In this document: positions 54,237-64,000 of the stretch, piece by piece
Layout: every line of letters begins with the position of its first letter
Position numbering within the stretch: the stretch's first letter is position 1
NCBI GenBank assembly: GCA_038087875.1
Contig: CM075998.1
Location: forward strand, 1,178,001 to 1,242,000
Direction: 5' to 3'
Source of the DNA: Malacoraja senta
Lineage: Eukaryota
DNA: 64,000 bases
Notes under the pieces: model-generated
The model's input: only the letters and a program-made list of their open reading frames with translations
Database searches by the model: none
What the model was told of the DNA's origin: nothing
Position numbers and translations under genes: made by a program

Positions 54237-54700
54237 ATTTAGTTATGTAGGAAGTGTTCTCACTGTACATCATCCTATATAACTAAGTTTGAAATGGCAG
54301 AGCAACCCTGATATCGATTCGTTAGCTCTCTGAACATTATACTTTATGTGTAGAAATTGCAATTTCATCAGATTAACATTTCAAAATATTATAGATTTCA
54401 ATATGGAAATATTATATTTTAAACTCGTAAAATGTATTCTTTGTTCTTGGGGAATCCCTGAATCATCCAACAGTCAATCTCACTGAAGAATTCTCAGAGG
54501 TAGCAAACCAAGTAAAAAGCACAAAATATAGTGAATATTGTAAACTGCCTCCAGAGCATGAAGCAAGGATTGATTAAACCTTACATTTTATCAATAATTG
54601 CCAACGGACAGCTCCAAGTGCCCATGACAGACTCTGCTTTGTCTACAAGGAATACCGAATTGAACCTGAAATTCTCTGAATTTGGAATGCTGAATCCTAC

Positions 54701-54879
54701 CTTGTTCTGAGCAAAGTGGACGGGGTACCATTGCCTTGACCATGGGGACAACACGGTCTCTCAGATTCCACCACTAGTGTTGGCTGGAACGGGGGTCCAA
54801 ACTGCTTCCGCATCTTTGTGTCTGGTGATCTGGTGGCCAGAAATGGACTGAGCAACACTAGGCCCGTGTAGTGTTTAAC
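54701..54879 (-). CDS. FAM186-family exon
   Basis: cctttgaaag|GTT...ACA AG|gtagg, 179 nt, phase 0 to 2, open (VKHYTGLVLLSPF...STLLRT). Bridges the flanking exons in frame. Confidence 0.75.
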
Positions 54880-55179
54880 CTTTCAAAGGAATACAATGGT
54901 AATGGATTTATTTATTTTGATCACGACCTTTCAAATCTGCTGAATTAATTTCTCCGTGGTGGAACAGGGGCACGAACAGAGAAGTAGGCATGCATGTCCT
55001 TAATGCTTTGGGATGAACATGTGCATACACATCTATAACTTGACAACACATATCTTTCATGATCATAATCATATTTTAAAATATGTAATCATATTTTCAT
55101 ATATAATTCAAATGATTATATGGCTTCAAGCCCTTGGGGGCGATGTTTCAAGTCGATAACCTTTCATCAGAATTTCTCT

Positions 55180-55665
55180 GTAGCATAGATGTATAGCACA
55201 GGAACAGGCCCTTTGCCCCACAATATCCAGACTGAACATGGTGCCAAGTTAAACTAATCGCCTCTGCCTGCACATGATCCATATCCCTCCATTCCCTGCA
55301 TATCCATGTGCTTATCCAAAAGCCTCTTAAATGCCACTATCGCAGCTGCCTCCATCACCATCCCTGGCAGCACATCCAGGCATCCACCACCTGTGTAAAC
55401 ATGTCCTTCCAATTTTGCCCCTCTCGCCTTAAAGCTATGTCCTCTAGTGTTTGACATTTCCACCCTGGGGTAAAGGTTCTGCCTGTCTACCCTGCCTATG
55501 ACTCATAATTTTTAGATACATCTATCAGGTCTCTTCTTCCCCTCCCCTTCCTGCTCTGACGTTCCAGGGAAAACAATCCAAGTTTGTCCAACCTCTCCGT
55601 ATAGATAATACTCACTAATCCAGGTAACATCCTGATAAACCTATATTGCACCCTCTCCAAAGCCT
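55180..55665 (-). mobile_element. CR1 LINE 3' fragment, older
   Basis: SNTRGHSFKARG...AFKRLLDKHMDMQGMEGYG. Confidence 0.8.
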
Positions 55666-55807
55666 CTTAAAACTTGTTTATCTTACATTTTTCTCAGTTG
55701 TGATGAAAGATCATCAAATGAAACACAGTTTCTCAGTCCACAGATACTGAGTATTCCCAGTGTCCTCTGCCTTTAATCAAAATGTACATCCAGAAATCTG
55801 CACCTAC

Positions 55808-55997
55808 CTGACTGAATACATTGATCATTTGATTCAAGTGTCTTTGGCGACTCTGGTTAATCAGTTGCTGTCTTGTTTCCCAGTGCCGCATGGTGGATAT
55901 TAAACGTGTTTTGAGTCTGCTGGCAAATCTGTACAGCGCCTTAGGAACCTCATCATCCTTATTGCTTAGATCCAACAACCTGCTGTTCAAGTACTTT
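55808..55997 (-). CDS. FAM186-family exon
   Basis: ctcttcag|A AAG...CAG|gtagg, 190 nt, phase 2 to 0. KYLNSRL...RHWETRQQLINQSRQRHLNQMINVFSQ parallels FAM186A ...WTEKQKSL...CLKKMIHVFNQ. Confidence 0.88.
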
Positions 55998-56432
55998 CTG
56001 AAGAGTGAAATAATCACATTAAAGAGATGAATAAACAAATGTTGTCCCTTGCTTTAAGTGTCTATATGGCACATATTCTGATTGAATTGTTCAGAGCTAC
56101 TTTCTTGGCCGAAATCACAAGGCCTAACTGGGTATCCCTGCTTCTCCCTGGGAGGGTGATAGTTCTGGAATATGGAGAGATGAGAGATTGCAATCATGAG
56201 CATAAATCAGTGCTGGAGGAACTCAGCAGGACAGGTAGCATCAGCAGAGGGAAAAGGACAGATGACATTTAGAGACTGAAGAAGGGTCCCAGCCCAAAAC
56301 ATCATCTGTCCTTTCTCCTCCACAGATGCTGCCTGGCATGAGTATATGTGCAGACAATTATGTTGTTCCTATCCCCCCCCCCCACCCTTAATTCCATAAT
56401 GTATTGTCAAAATAATAACAGCTATTCTTTAC

Positions 56433-58254
56433 CTAAAGATTTCGATCTGTCGGAAAGCCATGTACTTTCGAAACAGATAAGCCAGTCGGAGCTGAATTAT
56501 TGATAGCGTTTTGTGTATCAGGTGTGTAGCGGTGGTATGGAGTTGTCTGGAAATGATGCCATCGCATACTGCTTGGTCCAAAGTTTTACAGGTTGATCGG
56601 AGATATGTCACGTTCACAATATATGACAAGTCCACTACTTTCTCGCCTTCGGCAGCCTGGAGGACATTTCCGCTGGGTTGAATTATTTTTGCTGGTGTTG
56701 CTGATGGAGTTTCAGGGAGAGAAACCCCTTCCTTGTAACATTCGGCCTGCAGTTTTACTTCCTTTTTATTAAGCTCAAGGGCACTGTTGCTGGAATATAT
56801 GTTACTGATTGTCTCTCGAATCCTAATTAACTGATCCATTCCAGCCCGAGATGACATTTTCTCCAGTGTTAGAATTGTGTCCAAGGCTTGCAGGGTCTTT
56901 TCATGGAAGTGTGTTTCTTCCTGCGACAAGCTCTGGTCCTGTTTGGCTTCTTCGATGAAATATTGAACTTGGGCACTCAATTCATCGAGGGCAATCTCTT
57001 GAATAATTCCAAATCTGGATACTTCCTCGAGAAGTTCAGCAAAATTGGTTAAGTCGGGTTCCCTTTCCTTTGATATCTCTGCCAAGTTTTCTTCCAGTGG
57101 CTTTCTATCTTGAACAGGTTGCTCTTTTGGCTCTTGTTTGAGCTTCTGCATTGAGATTTCTTTGATTGTTTTCTCAATCACTTCATAAAGATTCTTTAAC
57201 TCCTCAGACTTGAGAAGAGCATGCACCTTACAGATATCATCTGGTGCAAGGTCTTTGCCACTGCGTAACCCATGGTCCAGTGAATACAAAACAGCAGTTT
57301 GAAAATCTGTCAGCAAATCCACAACCATCTGGTGAGCTTGAGTCTTCAATTCTTCTTTCTGAACCCATGCTCTCTGTTTCTTTCCTGCATTCGAGTTGGA
57401 TTTAAACATGTTTCCCTTCACTGCTTCACTAAGCACTGTTTCGAATTTGGTTAATATTGGAGTTATCCTTCCAATGGTAAGTTCCTTGGGAATACTTTCC
57501 CCTGTAGGTTCATCAAAGGGAATGTTTTCCTTCTTGGATACTTCCGGGCCAACCTTTTGTTCCTCTGATTCTCCAATGGGAATGTTTACCCCCGGAACAA
57601 CCCTTTGGTCTGTAGTTCTATCATGCTTGTCAAAAATAATATTTTTGGGCTCCTCACTGGAGAGATGTTTTGATTTTTTCACCAGTGCTTTATTTTTACT
57701 TGTTTTGCTCGCCTGCTTTGCGCTCACTAGCAAATCAGCAGTGACTTTCTCACCATTTTGGAGCTGCTCAATTTTGGACCTCAAACATTTGATGTTTTTT
57801 TCCAGGTCACGGTTCACGCTGGACACCTCCCTGTAATGATGTTCTGCTAATTCTGCCCGTGTTTTGAGGGCACAGCTGTGTTCTTGAAGACCTTTCACCT
57901 CAGTAACCAGATTACCTTCAGATCTCTGGGATCCAAAAGACTCAGCCTTTCTTAGTTCATTTTCCACATCAAAATATTCACGTGAACGAACGAGAAATGC
58001 CTTGTAAAGATTCCCTATGAATTTTCCAATGTATCTGAAGGCAATTGTCTGGACCTTCTTGAAAGGAAGATACTTTGTGATGTTTGTGAATACAATATCA
58101 ATCTCTCCCACTGCTGCTTCCAACTGTTTCGCAATGTGTGGTTCCAGCATTGTTGCAGTGCTCATTGGTTGCATATCCTGGAAATAAACCAGCGATTTGG
58201 ATTCCATCTTTTTCTGCTTCCACCGTTTGCCAGTGGGTTGTGTACCGCCAGGTT
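56433..58254 (-). CDS. FAM186-family protein, large central exon
   Basis: ctttccag|AA CCT...TTT AG|gtaaag, 1822 nt, phase 1 to 2, containing the 592-aa ORF. QPMSTATML...AFRYIGKFIGNLYKAF and YIVNV...LRLAYLFRKYMAFRQI resemble FAM186A/B conserved blocks (AIRYM..VVENLNKAL; LGYLFRKYIAYRLI). Adjacent to LIMA1 as in human. A versus B orthology is not resolved. Confidence 0.88.
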
Positions 58255-59327
58255 CTGGAAAGAATCAGAGTGTAAAACCAATCACTCTGCATGACATTAC
58301 ACTCCAAGACATTTTGACAGTGTTTTATTTAAAGTCAAGATGCTATGTCAATACAAGTCTTTCTTTAAAATGAAATTGTATGTCAGTGATCTCGTGACAA
58401 TGGGTGCGCAGACCGACTTTAACACCATCGACGGTCAGTGAGAGCACCAGGTCCTCCGTCCAGGTGTTCACTGACCATCATGGGCTGATGGAGCAGCTCA
58501 GTAATGAGGAACTGCAATATTGGGGAGGGTGTAAAACATTCAACTGAATCCTCACCTTCCCATTCAGATGGATTGAAAATATTCCTGGATGCATTGTGAA
58601 GTAAATGCAAGGAATCGAGGTATCAAAGCTAACATTTATCCCCGACCAAAGATATTTTAAAACAGTTTACTAGATATGATTATGATTTACTAGCTCAACT
58701 CAATAACCAAAAATCTGTAGCCTTTTGCTCTGGTATTCACATGTTTAATCAATAATGTTTTATTATTAATGTTTAATGTTTTATGTGTCATTCCTAACTA
58801 TCACTGTATGTCGTTGTCACTTGCGGGCGGAGCACCAAAGCAAATTCCTTCTTTGTGAATACTTGGCCAATAAACTTATTCATTCATTCATGATTGCCCT
58901 TAATCAGGTTCCTGTTTTAGAACATAGAAAGGTACAGCACATGAACAGGTCACATTGTCCGCCAAGATAAAGTAATCTCACCTGTATACACATGATCCCA
59001 ATCTGTGTGTCATATAGTGTGCATACTGAACTCCAAAGTGATGGTATTTCAGAAATAACCAGTTGGCCGCACGGTACATTTCGTGGACACGGGAGACGCT
59101 GCAATGACTTAAATTGACTCGTGTGTGGAAACTGCGGTTTCTGCAATTCGATACTTTTTTTCGAGCTGCTGGAGGAACTCAGCGAGTCAGACAGCATCTG
59201 CAGAGGGATAGTGAATTGACTGCATATGCCAGCATCAGCAGCAGTCTCTTGTGTGGCCACACCCAAAAAACAAAGTGCTGAAGTAACTCAGGGGGTCAGG
59301 CAGCATCTCTGGAGAACATGGGTTGGT

Positions 59328-59355
59328 GACGTTTCGGCTTGGGAGCCTTCTTCAG
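59328..59355 (-). ncRNA. Minimal hammerhead ribozyme motif in a Penelope terminal repeat
   Basis: Minus strand gt-CTGAAGA-A-GGCT-ccca-AGCC-GAAACGTC-ac. Confidence 0.65.
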
Positions 59356-59379
59356 ACAAGTGTGGCCAGGATTTTGTTT

Positions 59380-59720
59380 TGTTTCACCCACGATCAGCAG
59401 CGCCGAGTGCTGCCTCACTCCGTCCCTGACGCGGGGACTGACTTTGGGACGCTCGGTGGCTGGGGAAAGGAGCAGCAGCGAGCGGCATCGGAGGGGACGG
59501 GGCGCGTGAGCGCGCGCGCGCGGCAGGGGGTGGTTCGGCCCATGCTTTCGAGAGAGCGGGAAAAATGATGGAATGTTTGCAGAGGTCCCTGCCCTCGAGA
59601 GGCAGATGGCTGGCCGGGCCGAGTGTCGAGGCCGCATCTTTCCCTTGTGCATGAGAGAGCGAAGTAACCGCTTCACTCCGGACCATCAATCCCCGCTGAG
59701 GAATGGCCGCTGAAGGTGGC
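59380..59720 (-). promoter_or_regulatory. CpG island; candidate promoter and first exon (ATG 59488, donor after 59419) of the FAM186-like gene
   Basis: Dense CpG with a (GC)6 run. Donor GGA|gtgagg. The 70 nt from ATG to donor end in phase 1, matching the 58254 acceptor. Confidence 0.5.
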
Positions 59721-61580
59721 TCGCAACAGGAGCGTCGTTTCAGACACAAAAAGCTGGAGTAACTTAGCGGGACAGGCAGCATCTCTGGCGAGAAGGAATG
59801 GGTGATGTTTCGGGTCGAGATCCTTCCTCAGACTGCTCCAGCATGTTGTGTCTATCTTCGGTTTAAAGCAGCATCTGTAGTTCCTTCCTATACGGGAGCG
59901 TCGTTACAGGTAGAAAATGTTACTAAGTTTAAGTATAAAAGATATTGTTTAATTTAAGCCGCTTATCGCAAAACGAGTATGCCGACTGACTTTTACAAAT
60001 TAGTTAAAAAATCATATTTTGCATCATGTTATCTGTCTTGTAGTTTTTTTGTAAGGTCTTAATATTACTGCAGTCAGGAACAGTTGCACTGTGGTAATGT
60101 TTCCCTCCCCATACGCTGCCTCGCCGACTGTGCACAATCAGAATTGGGGGGTTTTCAGCTTTTTTTTAACATCTGCAGTATTTCAGGTTTATTTACTGAA
60201 GAAGTCAAGAGTGTTTAATTCTCATATGTAACGGAACAATGAAATTCGTACTTGTAGCAGCAGAACAGATCTGAAAACACAGTTCGCAATAGATGCATAA
60301 TAAAACAAAAAAAAAGAATGAACCCCCCCCCCTCCTCCTCAATATTAATGGAAAAGAAAAGCAATCACCAAGGAACAAGCCGAACATAAACAATGTTTGA
60401 ATCAAGGAAACCGGTAGTTTCACACAAAACTAACCTTTCGGTTGTGTCAAGTTGTGAAACAGTTCAAGAAGGCTTCCCTCCAGCCAAGGTGGTGCACTAA
60501 TTGGCATCTTAATGATTGTCTCCACATGCTGAGTATTAATTGTTTTTGAAGTTCTTTCTTTAATTTGAGCTGCGCTGATTTCATGACTCTATCTATTAGT
60601 GTGTGGTAATTTGATAGTTTAACCTGTATGGAATTGGAGCCCTTTAAAACCATGTTACTCCGGGGAGCAATTTGATGCAACAGACCAGGTGATAGCTTTT
60701 TAAAGGCTTGTTAAGGATGCCAATTACACATGCATATTTTCTCATGCTTTCCATGTAGTGTGCTTTATGTTAAGTGAAAGGATTTGGACTTGAAATGTTA
60801 ATCTGTTTCTTCCTCCACATGTGTTTCTAAACCTGCTGTGTATTTCCTATGTTCTGCTTTTATATTAAATCAGTGGTACAACTTAATGTAAGCCATAAGG
60901 CTACACTATTTTGTAAGTGGTCTATCCCAATTAAATGCTGGAGAAACTCGGGGACAGGCAGCATCTCTGGATAGAAGGAATGAATAATGGGTGATGTTTT
61001 GGGTTAAGAACCTTCTTCAGAGCCTGCCAGAAGGTTCCAGCATTTTTTTGCTTTTCCAGCATTATGTATCTATCCTTTATGTAAACTAGCATCTGCAGTT
61101 CCCTCCTACACATATCCCAATAAGGGACTGGACAAATAAAAAGGAGGGAGGGGTGGGGAGGAACCATCAGAATATGCCTTCATAATAGAATTTAACATCA
61201 AGTCCAATAATATATTTGTTAACTTTAAATCAGGATTATGAATCTAACATCAAATATAATATGTACCATAATACTTGATTTGTCTTGAAATAAATAAGGG
61301 AACAGCCAATTTCACTTCTGCATTTAAACAGTCACATTGACTGCCGGGTAATAATTCTCTCTTGCAAAAATACAGTCAATCAAAACCTTTTGCATGAACT
61401 ATCCTTGTCCTCTTCAAAATAATTAGTCAAAGCAGAGAACGGAGGTGAAGGAAGTGTGTCTAACATCTGTCAAAATTATCATATTCCTATTATTTCATCA
61501 TCAGTATTGACTGTCCAGTGCCCATTCCATGTCCAGCATTGTGCCTTGCTACTCCTGCAACATCTTAGAAAGGAATAGAT

Positions 61581-61816
61581 GAAGGGTTCCCAACCTGGGT
61601 TAAATTTACCCCCAGGGGGTAAATTTCGCCTACCCAGGAGGTAAATTTGTTGATTCTGGATTTGTTAAAAACAGTATTTTAAAATTTCCCCTTTGTCGGT
61701 TGCTTTATTATGGTAGAAATGTAAACACAAATTACTGAACAAGACAGGGTGGGGGTAAATTTACTTTCGAAAAGTTGCCAGGGGGTAAACGGGACGAAAA
61801 AGGTTGGGAACCCCTG
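61581..61816. mobile_element. hAT (Charlie-type) MITE, 236 bp
   Basis: TIRs gaagggttcccaacct / aggttgggaacccctg. Perfect 8-bp TSD gaatagat at 61573-61580 and 61817-61824 with central TA. Internal gggtaaattt subterminal repeats. Confidence 0.9.
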
Positions 61817-62109
61817 GAATAGATAAAGCAATTTTCTTGTGCTTTAAGGGAATCAGTCAACCTCTGAAATATTCAAGCCATTTGGCAAATCCTTGGTATT
61901 TTAGTTTGGCTTGGTATTTTAGTTTAGTTTATTATTTTTACGTGTACCGAAGTACAGTGAAAAGCTTTTTGTTGCATGCTATTTAGTCAATGAAAGGACT
62001 ATACGTGATTACAATCATGCCGTCCACAGTGTACAGATACAGGATAATGGGTATTTCATTTAGTGCAAGATAAAGTCCAATTGAAGATCAAAAGTCTCCA
62101 ATGAGGTAA

Positions 62110-62750
62110 ATGGGAGGTCAGGACTGCATTCTTGCTGGTGAGAGATCGGAGTATTGGAGGGAAATTGATCGACTGACCAAATGGTGTCAGAACAACAACC
62201 TTGCTCTCAATGAACTAGTTGTATACTTTGGAAGAGGAAGGACGAGGATCCACAAACCTGTCTTCATTGACGGGATGGCGGTGGAGAAAGTCAAAAGCTT
62301 CAAATTCCTGGGCCTGCTTATCTCTGAACTGTCTTGGAACCAGCACATTCATGCAATCATAAAGAAAACCGACCTACACCTCTACTTCCTTAGAAAATTG
62401 AGGAGATTTGGTGTGTCAACAAATACTCTGCTGAAGTTCTGCAGGTAGAGTGCATATTGACTGGTTGCATCATGGCCTGGTTTGGCAACTTGAACGCCCA
62501 GGAATAAAAAAGATTGCAAAAGTGATGAACACTGCCCAGTCCATCACGGGTACTGACCTCGCCACCATCGAAGGGATCTACAAGAGTCGCTGCCTCAAAA
62601 CGACAGTCAGCATCATCAGAGACCCACACCACCCTGGCCACACTCATTACACTCCTGTCATCAAGAAGAAGGTATTGAAGCCTGAAAGCTGTAATGTTCA
62701 GGAGCAACTTCTTCCCTACAACCATCAGGCTATAAAACATTACAACCTCC
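62110..62750 (+). mobile_element. Rex1/Babar-type LINE 3' fragment, degenerate
   Basis: WCQNNNLALN...VEKVKSFKFLG...LYFLRKLRRFG...TAQSITGTDL...IIRDPHHPGH with frameshifts. Confidence 0.85.
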
Positions 62751-62751
62751 A

Positions 62752-63672
62752 AATAATAATAATAGATTTTATTTTAAGGGCACCTAATACCGAGGTCTCT
62801 AGGACACCTTACAATTTAAGAAACATATAAACATATAATCAGAGTAAAACAAGTTATAAAGACATCACAAATACACAAATTCAAAACAGAAATTCGATCC
62901 AAAAAAAGACAACAACAAAATTCAGAAAACACAACATGAAGGGAGAGCAGCGGCAGCCAAACCGCGCCAGCGTACACTCTCCCTTCCGCCCGCCATGTTG
63001 GACATAGACTAACACAGACACTTAACACTACACAGAAAATCATCCCCCCACAATGGTTACCACTGTGGGGGAAGGCACAATGTCCAGTCCCCAACCCAGT
63101 TCTCCCCAGAGTCAGGCCCATCGAGGCCGCCACAGTTGCCTCAACGGAGGCCCGATGTTCCTGGCCGTCGGGAGAGTCCTCGTAGCGGCTGGAACGGCCG
63201 GTTTCCCAGCGGAGTCCATGGCACTTGAAGCCGACATGGCCGCACCGAGTTGGAGCCACGAGGCTCCCGATGTTAAAGTCGGCGCCACCGCCCGCAGCCC
63301 AGAGGTGTTGATCTCGGCGGTCACTGCATACCGGAGCTCCACCGCGGCGACCCAGGCAAGGCATTGCCCGCTACGCTCCCCGATAGCGCTCCAGCGCTGT
63401 GCCGCCGACCGAAGGTGCTGGGCGGTCCCCGCCAGGAAACGGCGCTCCTTGCCCGCTGGTAGGCCACGAGGATGGGTCGACGAGGCAGCCCGGAGAAAAA
63501 GCTGCCTCACCGACCAGGTAGGGACCTAGAATAAAGTTATCCCCACTCACCCTACACTTAGAAGTAGATTTCTCCAGCACACTGGACAATAGATAGACTA
63601 AAACTATTAAAAAAGGTGATTTAAATGGACGGCTGCTGGTTAGCAGCCGTTCCCCAACATGGCCCCTCCTCC
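62752..63672 (-). mobile_element. GC-rich non-autonomous retroposon with an L2-like (tat)n tail, inserted at the Rex1 3' end
   Basis: Minus strand begins ggaggaggggccatgttggggaacggctgc and ends gtaaggtgtcc...taaaataaaatctattattattatt. Confidence 0.6.
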
Positions 63673-63763
63673 TCTAGCTTGAGGCTCCAAGTTATATAGA
63701 CTTGGGGGTATTATATAATTTTTTATATTTTATTTATATATGTATGTATGTGTGTGTATATCT

Positions 63764-63795
63764 ATTTATTTATTTATTTATTTATTTATTTGTTT
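63764..63795. repeat. (TATT)n microsatellite
   Basis: About 7 TATT units. Confidence 0.9.
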
Positions 63796-64000
63796 ATTAT
63801 GGATTTGTACGGAGTACTATGTTTGCATATCTGTTGTGCTACAGCAAATAACAATTTAATTGTCCTGTTTTGGGATATATGATGATAAACACTCTTGACT
63901 GTCTGGGCACAACTCTGCAATTACTTGCTGTCTTGGGTGGAGCTGTTTCCAAACAATGCTGTGATGCATCTCAATAAAATGCCTTCTACAGTGCATCTTT

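Noticed and set aside
60434-60622. Minus ORF with IDRVMKSAQLKLKKELQKQL, reminiscent of the FAM186 N-terminal ISRIERAQL...QL
   Set aside because: Spacing differs, the frame hits a stop before the donor and the similarity is too short; probably chance.
62816-63589. Long GC-rich ORFs (182, 158 and 132 aa)
   Set aside because: They lie inside a GC-rich retroposon; stop-codon depletion explains their length.
59560-64000. LARP4 first exon expected on the + strand from human synteny
   Set aside because: No MLLFVE-like start or convincing donor was found.

Overview
Vertebrate genomic DNA, almost certainly from an elasmobranch (skate, ray or shark), judged from abundant HE1-type V-SINEs and their CR1/HER1 partner LINE. 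Two spliced genes lie on the minus strand in the same order as human 12q13. (1) LIMA1/EPLIN: six 3' coding exons (one tentative) at 20.8-11.0 kb, including the LIM domain, a ~1.8 kb 3'UTR and a probable non-coding exon 1/promoter at ~49 kb. Its N-terminal coding exons are not visible and probably fall in the 200-N gap at 22430-22629. (2) A compact FAM186-family gene: five exons at 58.3-51.4 kb that splice in frame, plus a candidate CpG-island first exon at 59.4 kb. The rest is intron/intergenic DNA rich in CR1, Rex1/Babar, Penelope, SINE and hAT remnants. The most notable non-gene signal is a dispersed set of Penelope terminal repeats carrying minimal hammerhead-ribozyme cores with compensatory stem-II changes. 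Others are a caldesmon/LSP1-like LIMA1 exon, a frame incompatibility between two LIMA1 exons and a near-perfect 69-bp fold-back hairpin. All homology calls are from memory of the protein and repeat families; no database search was run. Repeat boundaries are approximate.
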